From: Promethearchaeia archaeon
Lineage (GTDB): Archaea > Asgardarchaeota > Lokiarchaeia > Sigyniarchaeales > SOKP01
Direction of reading: 5' to 3'
Length of the DNA stretch: 64,000 nucleotides
Assembly (NCBI GenBank): GCA_029856105.1
Contig: JAHQWH010000226.1
Location: 13,075 to 77,074 of the forward strand
The notes beneath the pieces were generated by a model. The model had not been told where the DNA came from. It searched no databases and saw only the letters and a program-made list of their open reading frames with translations. Every line of letters begins with the position of its first letter. Position 1 is the stretch's first letter. Shown piece by piece: positions 1 to 10,423 of this stretch. The translations under genes were made by a program, and so were the position numbers.

Positions 1-1
1 A

Positions 2-196
2 GTGAGTACGGGTTTAAACCCAACATTTCAAAACGCTTTATATTCGCCTACTATTACACCTGTAATCGGAGCTATAATGTGGGTTTATTTTATTGTTGTT
101 GTATGTAGTATTTTGATTTCTGGCTTGATTTTTGGCGCAATTGGTCTTCAATGGATGCTCCTTATTCAAAATGAAAAAGCCTCTCAAGAACAATAG
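2..196 (+). CDS. 3' end of a membrane protein (truncated by window edge)
   Basis: Open frame from the window edge, hydrophobic helix, stop at 196 followed by a T-rich tract. Confidence 0.6.
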   Translation: MSTGLNPTFQNALYSPTITPVIGAIMWVYFIVVVCSILISGLIFGAIGLQWMLLIQNEKASQEQ

Positions 197-298
197 TAAC
201 TTACGAAAATCCTTAATTTATTCTCTTTTTTTTGTAATTAAATAATCAAAAAAAAAAGAAAATAGGATAGTTTAACAAAAGAAATAAAAAACCTAATT

Positions 299-1426
299 TT
301 AAAACAAACCTAAGTTTCTTGTGATTTTCTCTCGGTTAGGATCTTGATTAATTTGTTTTCGCACATTCGAAAGGAGTCCTTCTTTACTTAATCCAATTTT
401 TTCTAAAGTAAAATTTACTCCCGATTCGTTGAATTTTCCATCTCGAATCATCGGAGTTAGGCGCTTCAGAGTGATTAACCATTTTTTCCTAATGCTCGGG
501 TCTTGACGGATCAATTCAGCGAATTGTAGGGCGTATGGAAGAGCCCCAAATCGATTCAAATCGTAGAAAAGAGCGGCGGCGATAACATGACAGCTAGTCT
601 TGAGAGTATTTGAGTTCCCTTTCTTTACTAAATTCTTGGATTCTATTAGCTGAATTATGTCTTCCTCGTTATAATCTATTACATGATATGGCAATATTAT
701 TCGAGGAACGGTGTGATTTTCGAAATCTTCAGGCGTAAAGTAACGCTTTCTATCTTCTTCTGTAAAGGACTCTCTATTAATAAAGCTTGGTTTCCAATCG
801 TGCTCTATTTCGTGTTGTGGAATTTCGTAAAAATACCTTCTAATCTCGTCGGGGGAGTATCCGAATAGAATAATAGCTATTTCGCGTTCCATCGCCTCTC
901 GTACAACTAAGCTATGAACTAAATCACCACAACTATCGCATAAATTTCTTGTCAAGGTCAAATCATTTGAATCTTGATTCGTAAATACCCATTGATATAA
1001 TTTCCTAAATGTTTCTTTCGCACCATCGATTATAATGTGATCTACGCTTATCTTTTTGAGAGTATCTTTCATGTTTTCGAAAGCAGTATCTGGGATAAAC
1101 CCTGAGTCAATAGTTACTGCGAGCGGGTTAAACCCATAATCGTGTACCACTGTATATAAAAGAGCAGTCGAATCCTTTCCTCCCGAATAACCCACAATAC
1201 AATCGTACTTATTCTCTTCTTGGCGTGAACGCATAAGTTCAATGGTAGAATTCCAATCCTTTAAACCAGTTTCCTTCATTTTCTCAGTTATTTGAGTCTT
1301 CCACCAATTTGTAGTTCTGTAAGTTGGATTTTCACAGTAATTACAAATTCCTTCAGAATTTAACTTAATTCCAAAAGAACCGTCAATCAAAATACAATTT
1401 TTGCAGATATAATGTTCATGTATCAT
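299..1426 (-). CDS. PP-loop (adenine nucleotide alpha hydrolase) protein, N-acetyl-sugar amidotransferase-like
   Basis: SGGKDS PP-loop; N-terminal CxxC...CxxC; internal CDSC. Confidence 0.7.
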   Translation of the reverse strand: MIHEHYICKNCILIDGSFGIKLNSEGICNYCENPTYRTTNWWKTQITEKMKETGLKDWNSTIELMRSRQEENKYDCIVGYSGGKDSTALLYTVVHDYGFNPLAVTIDSGFIPDTAFENMKDTLKKISVDHIIIDGAKETFRKLYQWVFTNQDSNDLTLTRNLCDSCGDLVHSLVVREAMEREIAIILFGYSPDEIRRYFYEIPQHEIEHDWKPSFINRESFTEEDRKRYFTPEDFENHTVPRIILPYHVIDYNEEDIIQLIESKNLVKKGNSNTLKTSCHVIAAALFYDLNRFGALPYALQFAELIRQDPSIRKKWLITLKRLTPMIRDGKFNESGVNFTLEKIGLSKEGLLSNVRKQINQDPNREKITRNLGLF

Positions 1427-1539
1427 ATTATTTCTCCTACAATCATAATTTACAAAGTTTATAGGATAAAATATTGGATGTATTTAAAAGAAAAAGTATA
1501 AAAAAAATAAAAAAAGATAAAACAATTTAAGAGATCAAG

Positions 1540-2487
1540 TTAATTTAATTTCTCTTTGATTTGTTTTGCCCTACTTCGTAGAGTTACCTCAGTGATCTTT
1601 GCTACATCGGCTACCAAGGATTGAGTTTTTTTAATCGCTCCGTCTTTAGCTGCGATATAAATACAAGCCGCGGCTAAACCTTTTGGATCTTTTCCAGTTC
1701 GCGCTAACCCATTTTTAGATGCGGTTCTCAACATTTCTATAGCTACTTTTTGAACTTTCATGGGTAAGTCTAACTCGTTCCCAAATCGAAAAACAAGCTT
1801 CTCTGCCGTAATTGGCTGATATCTTAGGCCCAATTCGGGTAGAATTTCGCGAATAATCATTGAAAGGCTTCTATGTACCGTTCTTCGCGGCGTGAGGGAC
1901 GCTTCACAGACTTCGTCTAATAATCGAGGGAAATCGTGAACCCTTATCGCGGCGTATAAAGAACCTGCTATAAACCCATTAATAGATCTTCCCATTGTTA
2001 GCTTCTTTTTAGCTACAATACTATAAATCTTCCATGCCGTTTCTGAAATATATTCTGGAATGTTTAATTTTGAGGTGAGCATCTTCAACTTAGGTTTTGC
2101 TTCCCAGAAGTTCCTTTCAATACTTGATATTAAAGAATTTTGAATTTTTGATAAGCGAGAAAATAAAGCTTGCTCTTTAGGACCTATTGATTTTCCTTTT
2201 GAGTCTGTCTTTGTGGTAGGAAGCATTGTTCGAGGGCCAAAATCCCTCCAACGGGGCTCTGTTCTTCTTCTATTCTGTATTTCTTCCACAGTATATGCCC
2301 TTCGCTCATTCCCTACGTAAGTTCGTTCTGCAATCATACCACAGTTAAGACATACTTTATTCCCATCACGTTCTTCAATAGATGGATTATCACAACACTT
2401 AATACTACTTGTAGAGGACAAATTATCTTGATCTGCATTCTTAGTTTTTATTAGATCACGGTAATTACTATTCATATTATACATCAC
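1540..2487 (-). CDS. tfb: transcription initiation factor IIB
   Basis: N-terminal Zn ribbon (CC...CLNCG), two cyclin repeats (MGRSI..IAGSLYAA; GKDPKGLAAACIY), C-terminal ITEVTLRSR. Confidence 0.95.
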   Translation of the reverse strand: MMYNMNSNYRDLIKTKNADQDNLSSTSSIKCCDNPSIEERDGNKVCLNCGMIAERTYVGNERRAYTVEEIQNRRRTEPRWRDFGPRTMLPTTKTDSKGKSIGPKEQALFSRLSKIQNSLISSIERNFWEAKPKLKMLTSKLNIPEYISETAWKIYSIVAKKKLTMGRSINGFIAGSLYAAIRVHDFPRLLDEVCEASLTPRRTVHRSLSMIIREILPELGLRYQPITAEKLVFRFGNELDLPMKVQKVAIEMLRTASKNGLARTGKDPKGLAAACIYIAAKDGAIKKTQSLVADVAKITEVTLRSRAKQIKEKLN

Positions 2488-2808
2488 AAAAATTTATTGA
2501 TAAAATTGCCATCTAACGCAAATTTAATACAAAAATTAGATCATATTACGACTTTAATAATACTAATAATATCATAATATCCAAGTCATAAATTTAAATC
2601 TTTGTCTTCAAAATTGTAGAAGTGATAAAAGGGGAACGTAATGGGAAGCAGAATATAATGTTTTAGTCATTTCTTCTCCTTTTATTATTAATAAGGATAA
2701 CACTTTAAAGTTTTAAGTTCAAAAATTAAAATAAGATAAATTATTAAATTTTTAAAAAAACTGTATAACCAATAATTTCTTTTAAATTATATTAGAGTTG
2801 GTGTATAA

Positions 2809-3324
2809 ATGGATTTTTACGAAGTTGTGAGAAAAAGAAGAAGTTACAGGGTTTATAAGCCTGAAATGCCTGAAGAAGAGAAAATTACTCGTATCTTGGA
2901 AGCAGCGAGATTGGCTCCAACTTGGGCAAATAAGCAAGGTATGCATTATATTGTTGTTAAAGACTCAGAAGTTGTGAGAAAGATATGGAAGGCCGTTGGA
3001 CAAGCACAAAAGTTTGCCGCAGCCCCAATATTTGTTGTAGGCGTAATCTCCGAATCAGGATCAGGAGCAAACGCAAATGGTATAAAATATTTTCCATTAG
3101 ATTGTGGAATTTGCTTCGAACATCTAATCTTAGCCGCAACAGCGGAAGGTTTGGCTACTTGTTGGATTGGTTGGTTTGACGAAGTTAAAATAAGAGACAT
3201 CCTTGAAATACCAAAAAAATATAGAGTCCTAGCTTTAACCCCATTAGGATATCCTGTAAAACAGAAGGGGGATGTTGAGGAGCGTAAACCGCTCGAAAAG
3301 ATAGTACATTACAACAAATTTTAA
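2809..3324 (+). CDS. nitroreductase family protein
   Basis: RRSYR, ARLAPTWANKQ, AEGLATCWIG, LGYP motifs. Confidence 0.92.
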   Translation: MDFYEVVRKRRSYRVYKPEMPEEEKITRILEAARLAPTWANKQGMHYIVVKDSEVVRKIWKAVGQAQKFAAAPIFVVGVISESGSGANANGIKYFPLDCGICFEHLILAATAEGLATCWIGWFDEVKIRDILEIPKKYRVLALTPLGYPVKQKGDVEERKPLEKIVHYNKF

Positions 3325-3404
3325 TTAAATTTTTAAAAATCTTTCTTTTTTTATTTTATTAATTTGTAAGTAAAGATAAAATAATTTCGAATTTTACTTT
3401 ACTT

Positions 3405-5126
3405 ATGAAAATTGTAAGAATCGATGTTAATTCGAACGAAATTGATTACGAAGAAATAACTAGTGATTCAAAATATCTTCTTTTAGGAGGTCGTGGATTG
3501 ACATCCCAAATCGTTCACGACGAGGTTCCACCGAAATGCGATCCACTTGGACCAGAAAACAGGTTTATTTTATCAAATGGTACACTTGCTGGAAGTCCAT
3601 TCCCAAATTCTGCTCGTACTTCAGCAGGGGGTAAAAGTCCTTTAACCAATGGTATTAAAGAAGCGAATGTCGGAGGTAGAGGTGCAATGATGCTCGCTAG
3701 GCATGGAATAAGGGCGTTAGTATTGCAAAATAAATCCCCCGAGCTAAAAATCGTTTTAATTACCGACGATGGAATTGAATTACTACAAGGCAAAGAATAT
3801 AAAGGATTAGGAAACTACAAGCTTCATCGAAACTTAAAAGAAAAGTTCGGGGAAAACATAGGTATTTATTCCGTTGGACCTGCTGGTGAATTTATGATGA
3901 AATCAGCTACTATTGCAGCTAACGATTTAGAAGGATATCCTAGCAGGCACGCCGCACGTGGTGGTTTAGGGGCAGTAATGGGTTCTAAAGGAATTAAAGC
4001 TATAGTAATTAAACCCACAAAAGAATCAAAAGTCAAAATTCACGATTTAAAAAAATTTAGAGAAACTTCAACGCCATTTGCAAAAAATTTGGCAAAAACT
4101 AAAGAAGTGTTTTCAACCTTTGGTACGCCTTTAATGATGAGAGCAATGAGTGAATATCGCGGAATTCCTACCAAAAACTTTCGAATGGGTTCATTTGATA
4201 AAATCGCAAATATCACTGGAGAAAAACTCCATGAGCTTATAATGGCTCGAGGGGGAAAAAATCGATTGGCGTGTTCTCCTAACTGCGTAATAAAATGCTC
4301 TAATTTAGTTGTGGATAAGGATGGCAATCACTTAACTTCGAGTCTTGAATACGAAACAATGGCGTTAAATGGTTCTAATCTAATGATTGATGATCTAGAT
4401 AGTTTGGCTAGGATTGACCGTTTATGCGATGATAATGGTGTTGACACGATAGAATTTGGTGGTTCTGTGGGGGTTGCTATGGATTGTGGAAAAATTGAAT
4501 GGGGCAACGCTCAAAAAGTCTTTGAAATCTTGGATAAGGAAATAAGGAATAATACGGAATTAGGAAAACTGTATGGAAATGGAGTTAAGAATATTGGCGA
4601 AAAATTAAATGCAAAAAGAATTCCTCAAGTAAAAGGCCAAGGTATTTCTGGTTACGATCCAAGAGTGTTTAAGGGAATGGGGGTAACATTCGCCACTTCA
4701 CCACAGGGCGCTGACCACACCGCTGGAGCAGCAATAGCGGGTAGAAATGCAAACCAGGCTAAAGATTACGGTGAATTAACTGAGAACGAGGGTAAATTCG
4801 ACTTATCATACGAACTACAATTGTATACGATTGTCATGGATTCGATGGGTTGTTGTTATTTTATTGGTCCCAGTTACGAAAACATGGAGCTTATTGCCCA
4901 TGCGATTAATGCTATGTATGACCTTAATTTAACGAGAGACGATGTAATCGATATTGGGAAAAACATATTAAAAACGGAAATTAAATTTAACGAAAAAGCA
5001 GGCATCACGAATAGTACGAATGACGTACCCGAATTTTTCAGACAAGAGCCATCAGAACCTACTGGTTTAAAATACACTTTTTCTAAAGAAGATTTGAAAT
5101 CATTCTGGGATAAATTGAGGGAATAA
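3405..5126 (+). CDS. aor: aldehyde:ferredoxin oxidoreductase family (W/Mo-pterin)
   Basis: GGRGL, KSPLT, GPAGE, AARGGLGAVMGSK, EYET, CDDNGVDTI, GADH motifs. Confidence 0.92.
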   Translation: MKIVRIDVNSNEIDYEEITSDSKYLLLGGRGLTSQIVHDEVPPKCDPLGPENRFILSNGTLAGSPFPNSARTSAGGKSPLTNGIKEANVGGRGAMMLARHGIRALVLQNKSPELKIVLITDDGIELLQGKEYKGLGNYKLHRNLKEKFGENIGIYSVGPAGEFMMKSATIAANDLEGYPSRHAARGGLGAVMGSKGIKAIVIKPTKESKVKIHDLKKFRETSTPFAKNLAKTKEVFSTFGTPLMMRAMSEYRGIPTKNFRMGSFDKIANITGEKLHELIMARGGKNRLACSPNCVIKCSNLVVDKDGNHLTSSLEYETMALNGSNLMIDDLDSLARIDRLCDDNGVDTIEFGGSVGVAMDCGKIEWGNAQKVFEILDKEIRNNTELGKLYGNGVKNIGEKLNAKRIPQVKGQGISGYDPRVFKGMGVTFATSPQGADHTAGAAIAGRNANQAKDYGELTENEGKFDLSYELQLYTIVMDSMGCCYFIGPSYENMELIAHAINAMYDLNLTRDDVIDIGKNILKTEIKFNEKAGITNSTNDVPEFFRQEPSEPTGLKYTFSKEDLKSFWDKLRE

Positions 5127-5134
5127 TTCTTTTT

Positions 5135-5713
5135 TTAAATATAGTTCAGTAATCCTTTTTTTTTCATACTTAATTCTGCTACTATTATTAACAGTATTCC
5201 TATTAAAGCGAGGATTAATGGTAATAAAATATTAACAATTAAGTAATGAAATAACAACGAATAAGTAAATATATTCAAAATAAAATAGGCAAACCATAAA
5301 AATAATTTTATAATGCAGTACCCTAAACCACTAAAGATGAAGATTATTCTGTGTTTCTTATAGAGCGATAACGAAAAGTGCCAACAACTAACAAGTAAGA
5401 GGTTAGAACTAACAACTAAAACGAATAAAATCATCAAAGATGAAATAAAATAAATAGCTGTTATGATGAGACTTATAATTATTGTTGCTATTATTAATAA
5501 GATCTTCGACGAATATTTAACGATAAAATCTTGTTCTAATTTTAAGAAAATACTCAATATAAAAGGAGGAATACAAATAAAAATAAAGAGTAGATACAAG
5601 AAGGGATTGTTAAGAATAAAATAATCAAAAGATATTGATATAATAATAACTAACAAAAGCATGAAACTACCTTCTAGTCTACATTTTCCTTCTTTTTTAC
5701 CTTGAATACTCAT
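5135..5713 (-). CDS. hypothetical multi-pass membrane protein
   Basis: 192-aa ORF with about 6 hydrophobic segments. Confidence 0.7.
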   Translation of the reverse strand: MSIQGKKEGKCRLEGSFMLLLVIIISISFDYFILNNPFLYLLFIFICIPPFILSIFLKLEQDFIVKYSSKILLIIATIIISLIITAIYFISSLMILFVLVVSSNLLLVSCWHFSLSLYKKHRIIFIFSGLGYCIIKLFLWFAYFILNIFTYSLLFHYLIVNILLPLILALIGILLIIVAELSMKKKGLLNYI

Positions 5714-5883
5714 ATTTTAATTATAATTAGTTCTCTAATTAACATTCTGAAATTTCTTTTAAACTCTCATAAATTAAAAACTTAAATAGAAAAAAAAGTA
5801 TTCTGAATTAATACTAAAATATTTGAATTCTTATTCAAATTAAATAAAAAGAATTAATAATTACTAGCAACGAGCTATAAATC

Positions 5884-7254
5884 TTGAATGATAAAAACAT
5901 TTTAAAAGAATTGGAAGATATTGTTGGGAAAGATTTTGCTTCGAATAGTTCGGGAGATTTATATATTTACTCCCAAGATCCGGGAGCATCAATCCCCCGC
6001 CCTGCAGATTTTGTAGTAATGCCAAATACATCTAAAGAAGTCCAAGATATAATGAAACTAGCAAATCGAGAAAAAGTTCCAATAGTTCCGATGGGTGGTG
6101 GTTTAACGTTAAGTGGACTTGTAATTCCCGTAAAAGGAGGCATAGTTATGGATATGAAACGCATGAATAAAATAATTGAAGTTAACGAATTAAGTCGGTT
6201 TGCCCTTGTAGAAGCGGGTGTAACTTCAGGCCAACTTTTAGCGTATTTAAATGAAAATCATCCAAAGCTACAACCCCCAATTCCTGATGCACCTCCTTCA
6301 GTTACAATTGCGGGTAATGCGTTAATTCATGGTTCTGGTTACTTATCTCAAAAATTTGGAGATCACGGCGCTATGATTAATGGATTAGAAGTTGTACTCC
6401 CTGATGGAGGACTATACAAATTAGGCTCTTGTGCGGTTTCAGATTATTGGTTTACGAGAGGACCCATTCCAGATTTTATAGGTTTATTTACTAGCTCATT
6501 TGGTACCTTAGGAATTGTTACAAAACTCTCTATTAAACTATTTCCAAAACCCAAGATGCGAGATATAGTATTTGGATTATGTAAAGACCCAAATGTACTC
6601 CCAGAATTAATTTCAAACATAACATTTACGGATGTAGCCGAAGATATTTTACTAGGGATTCAAGATAAACCCGATTGGATGAAAGGCTATACATTTATTA
6701 TCGTTTATATCACTGGTGAATCAGAAGAAGAATTAAATAATAAAACAAAAATCCTTAAGAAAATGTATCGCAAAGCAAAGTCTAGATACATGAAAGTTCC
6801 AAAAAGAATTGAAGATATATTTCTCGAAAAACCACAATTTGCAGCGAAAGCGGCAGACTTTAGGAAGGGAGGTGGCTTTGAATACGTTGGGGCCTTCATA
6901 CCGCTCCAATTAATCCCGGAAATAATTCAAATTGGCATAGATATTTCTTTAAAACACGGAATCGTACCTACCTTGGGCGCTAGACTTATAGGACAAGGTC
7001 ATTCTGCGATGTTTTTTATATCCTATTCTTTTAATCGGGCAGATCCAGAAGATATGAAAAACGCGCGAGAGGCATTACACGATACAGATAAAGCTGTGCT
7101 TGAAATTGGAGGAATTCCATGGAAAGCAGAAATAGTAGGGCAACAACTAATACTAGAAAAGATGGACCCTAATTACAAGAAACTTCTAAAAAGCATTAAA
7201 AATTTATTAGACCCAAATGGGATTATGAATCCAGGAAATTGGGAGGTTAAATAA
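5884..7254 (+). CDS. FAD-linked oxidase (GlcD / D-lactate dehydrogenase-like)
   Basis: PMGGGLTLSG FAD loop, VEAGV, GTLGIVT, C-terminal DPNGIMNPG. Confidence 0.9.
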   Translation: MNDKNILKELEDIVGKDFASNSSGDLYIYSQDPGASIPRPADFVVMPNTSKEVQDIMKLANREKVPIVPMGGGLTLSGLVIPVKGGIVMDMKRMNKIIEVNELSRFALVEAGVTSGQLLAYLNENHPKLQPPIPDAPPSVTIAGNALIHGSGYLSQKFGDHGAMINGLEVVLPDGGLYKLGSCAVSDYWFTRGPIPDFIGLFTSSFGTLGIVTKLSIKLFPKPKMRDIVFGLCKDPNVLPELISNITFTDVAEDILLGIQDKPDWMKGYTFIIVYITGESEEELNNKTKILKKMYRKAKSRYMKVPKRIEDIFLEKPQFAAKAADFRKGGGFEYVGAFIPLQLIPEIIQIGIDISLKHGIVPTLGARLIGQGHSAMFFISYSFNRADPEDMKNAREALHDTDKAVLEIGGIPWKAEIVGQQLILEKMDPNYKKLLKSIKNLLDPNGIMNPGNWEVK

Positions 7255-8436
7255 ATGACTTTAAAAGTTGAACAAGATTGGAAAGACATAGTTCATAGGT
7301 GCTTCAGATGTGGATATTGTAAATTTACCTATGATTATTCCGATTTTAATTGTCCTAGCTACAAAAAATTCCGATTTGAGACTTATTCCACAGGTGGAAG
7401 GTTGTGGTTAATTTACGGATTGATAACTGGTGAAATCTCGTGGAGTCAAGATGTAGCCAATGTTCTTTACGCGTGCCCTACTTGCGGAAATTGTTCTGAA
7501 AATTGCAGATTTGATAAATTTAACGATCTTCTGGTAGACATTATAGAAGCTGCTCGGGCAGAAGCAGTGGAAAAGGGTTTTTGTCCTGAGAGGCAAAAGG
7601 CTTTAATTGAACGCACAGATAACCCTGAGATGTACAATCCATATGGCGAACAAAATTCAGATAATGAAGATTTGAAGAAAGAATACGATTTACCAGATAA
7701 AGCAGAATGGGTTTATTATATCGGATGTACATCTAATTATCGTCAAAAGAATTTAAGAGACGCTACTTTGAGATTCTTGAAGAAAGCTAATATCGATTTT
7801 ACTTTAATCGACGAACATTGTTGTTGTAGCCCCGTAATGCGAACTGGTCAAATTAATTCTGTTAAAGACTTCATTAATTTTAATATTACTCAAATAAACA
7901 ATGCGGGCGCGTCAAAGGTCATTACATCATGTGCGGGCTGTTATCGTACGTTAAAAAAGGATTGGTTAAAATATGGTGCTGATTACAATTTTCAGATATA
8001 TCATACAGTAGAATTAGTTAAGGAGCTATTAGACGACGGAAAATTAAAGTTTCAATCAGAATACAACAAAACAGTAACTTATCACGACCCCTGCCACCTT
8101 GGAAGACACATGGGTATCTACGAAGTTCCAAGAGAAGTGTACAAACAAATTCCAGGAATTAAACTTGTAGAAATGAAAAGAAATCGGGAAAACGCTTGGT
8201 GTTGTGGCGCTGGAGGTGGCGTAAAAATAGGTTATCCAGAGTGGTCAGTTGAGATCTCAAAGGAAAGGCTAGAGGAAGCAAATACGACGGGAGCATCCGT
8301 TATATCGTCAGTATGTCCCTTTTGTAGAACGAATTTGAGCGACGCAAACGATAAATTCGATATGAATTTTGAAGTTATCGACTTAATTGAGATAATAGAT
8401 AAATTAGACTTCGAAATTACCAATACAAAACATTAA
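7255..8436 (+). CDS. Fe-S oxidoreductase with two CCG domains (GlcF/HdrD-like)
   Basis: CFRCGYC, CPTCGNC, YHDPCHLGR, CCGAGGG, CPFC; start abuts the upstream stop, suggesting an operon. Confidence 0.9.
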   Translation: MTLKVEQDWKDIVHRCFRCGYCKFTYDYSDFNCPSYKKFRFETYSTGGRLWLIYGLITGEISWSQDVANVLYACPTCGNCSENCRFDKFNDLLVDIIEAARAEAVEKGFCPERQKALIERTDNPEMYNPYGEQNSDNEDLKKEYDLPDKAEWVYYIGCTSNYRQKNLRDATLRFLKKANIDFTLIDEHCCCSPVMRTGQINSVKDFINFNITQINNAGASKVITSCAGCYRTLKKDWLKYGADYNFQIYHTVELVKELLDDGKLKFQSEYNKTVTYHDPCHLGRHMGIYEVPREVYKQIPGIKLVEMKRNRENAWCCGAGGGVKIGYPEWSVEISKERLEEANTTGASVISSVCPFCRTNLSDANDKFDMNFEVIDLIEIIDKLDFEITNTKH

Positions 8437-8509
8437 TTAAAAGAATTTATTACCTCTTTTTGTTTTAAAATTATTATTAATTTTATTAGTAAATCATTAA
8501 TTTGTAGAT

Positions 8510-9385
8510 GTGATTGAAATGAGGTTAGGTGCTCACATGAGCGTTACAGGAGGTAAGTACATGGCTCTTGAAAGGGGAAAGGAGCTTGGATGCGAATCTA
8601 TTCAAGTATTTATAAGAAGTGTGCGCTCTTGGGCGGCAAAACCTTTAGTCCAAAGCGATATCGACGATTTTCTTAAAAAAAAGGAAGAATTAAAAGAAGA
8701 GATTTGGCCTGTCATCTCTCACAATAGTTATTTAATAAATTTAGCAAGTATCGATAATGAAAAATTGGAAAAATCTTATAATGCTATGCTAGATGAGCTT
8801 ATTAAAGCTGATCAACTCAGTATCGAATACGAAAACATACATCCTGGAGTTATTCCTATAAGCGATAAAAATGAAATCTCCAAAAAAGAAGCGTTAACTC
8901 AGATTACTAATCAATTAAATCAATTGATGGTTGAAACTAAAGGTTCAAAAGTTATAATTTTGTTAGAAACTACCGCTGGGCAAGGTAAGGGTTTAGGTAA
9001 TAAATTTTATCACTTAGCTACGATTATAGATAAAATTAATGATAAAAGTAGAATTGGAGTTTGTTTTGATACAGCCCATTCATTTGCAGCAGGCTACGAC
9101 TTTACTACCAAGAAAAAATATGACGAAATGTGGAATGAGTTTGACGATATTATTGGATTGAAGTATCTATTTGCTTTTCATTTGAACGACACTGAAAAAG
9201 ATTTAGGTTCTAGAGTTGATCGTCATACTCACATAGGACAAGGAAAGATTGGCAAGGAAACCTTTGGATTCTTGTTAAATGATGATAGATTTAGAGATCA
9301 TCCCGGAATTCTGGAGACGCCAAAAGGCAAAGATATGAAAGAGGATATTATGAATTTGAAAGTTCTTAGATCCTTAGTAAAATAA
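8510..9385 (+). CDS. nfo: endonuclease IV
   Basis: LGAH, HNSYLINL, LETTAGQG, CFDTAH, HLND, DRH, LETP metal-binding motifs. Confidence 0.95.
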   Translation: MIEMRLGAHMSVTGGKYMALERGKELGCESIQVFIRSVRSWAAKPLVQSDIDDFLKKKEELKEEIWPVISHNSYLINLASIDNEKLEKSYNAMLDELIKADQLSIEYENIHPGVIPISDKNEISKKEALTQITNQLNQLMVETKGSKVIILLETTAGQGKGLGNKFYHLATIIDKINDKSRIGVCFDTAHSFAAGYDFTTKKKYDEMWNEFDDIIGLKYLFAFHLNDTEKDLGSRVDRHTHIGQGKIGKETFGFLLNDDRFRDHPGILETPKGKDMKEDIMNLKVLRSLVK

Positions 9386-9396
9386 AATATCTTTGA

Positions 9397-9804
9397 TTAA
9401 TCAAGAACATTAAACCATACAGGACTTTTATCGTTAACCAGACCATTATAATTTACTGTGAGTTCCTCACCTTCTTTAATCTCTCTAATAGCAGAGAACT
9501 CTATTGCTTTTATTTCATAATCATATAAATATTTAATGTTAGGTTCAAAAGAGTGATTAATGAACTGAGATATACTGAGCGTTATAGCATTATCAAATTC
9601 TGGTTTGTGCTTGGGATCTTCCCAAATATAGCAATAATCATATAGGACAGTTTTTTTAATTTTCTTATACTCCTTATTGGGAATTAAAATTACATTTGCT
9701 ACATCAATTATAGTATTCTTTTTAATATCTTTCTTAGCAAACGCGCCTTTTCCTTTCCATTTTGAGATATTTCTTATCTTAATATACTCGTTCATAAAAT
9801 ACAC
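9397..9804 (-). CDS. stand-alone SET-domain methyltransferase
   Basis: KGKGAFA, FINHSFEPN, GEELTVNY SET motifs. Confidence 0.9.
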   Translation of the reverse strand: MYFMNEYIKIRNISKWKGKGAFAKKDIKKNTIIDVANVILIPNKEYKKIKKTVLYDYCYIWEDPKHKPEFDNAITLSISQFINHSFEPNIKYLYDYEIKAIEFSAIREIKEGEELTVNYNGLVNDKSPVWFNVLD

Positions 9805-9821
9805 TAATAAAATTTATTCAA

Positions 9822-10409
9822 TTATTCAATCGAAGCATGACGCTTATCGATATCTTTCTCAGTGACTCCCAATAATTCCATTAATGTAGCTCCAATTGAA
9901 TCTAATACTGTTAGCGTTGAGATGTCGAATAGAGTTGTGTAAGGTGCAAGTGTTTCCTGAGAAATCGCCTTATCCTTACTTTTACCTTCAATTTTAATTA
10001 TAATATTTGATATTTTTCCTATAGTGCTTTCAGGATTATTTGTTAGGACCGCGATTTTTCCACCTATTTCTTTTGCTTTTCGCGCTATAGCAACGGGAGA
10101 AGTTGTTTCACCACTTCCACTTATTATAATAAGTAAATCTTCTTTACTGTAACGATGAGTAATCGCATCGGAGACAAAACAAGAATTAACTCCTAAATGC
10201 ATTAATCTTTGAGCAAAACAACGACCAATAAAGCCAGACCGCCCAGCCCCATAAATAAAAATCGTTCCATCGTTAGAATTAACTTGAGTAATCAAATCAA
10301 TTAATTTTAAAACATGTGAAGCGTTAATTGTTTTAGAATTTTTTATAATCTGATTTGCTATTTCAAGAATTGTATTTAAAAACCTTTCGCTTCCTTTATC
10401 GTAATTCAT
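9822..10409 (-). CDS. hxlB: 6-phospho-3-hexuloisomerase (SIS domain)
   Basis: GAGRSG, FAQRLMHLG, SGSGET, C-terminal RHASIE; start moved to ATG at 10409 to remove overlap with the upstream gene. Confidence 0.88.
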   Translation of the reverse strand: MNYDKGSERFLNTILEIANQIIKNSKTINASHVLKLIDLITQVNSNDGTIFIYGAGRSGFIGRCFAQRLMHLGVNSCFVSDAITHRYSKEDLLIIISGSGETTSPVAIARKAKEIGGKIAVLTNNPESTIGKISNIIIKIEGKSKDKAISQETLAPYTTLFDISTLTVLDSIGATLMELLGVTEKDIDKRHASIE

Positions 10410-10423
10410 ATTTTCACCTCTTT

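Noticed and set aside
211-233. Weak resemblance to the tfb 3' end (a third end-duplication?)
   Set aside because: Short, gapped, low-complexity AT/T tract; more likely a terminator
9397-9804. SET protein as a SETD3-like actin His73 methylase
   Set aside because: Minimal prokaryotic-type SET 13 kb away, and the ARP has Lys at that position; nothing links them
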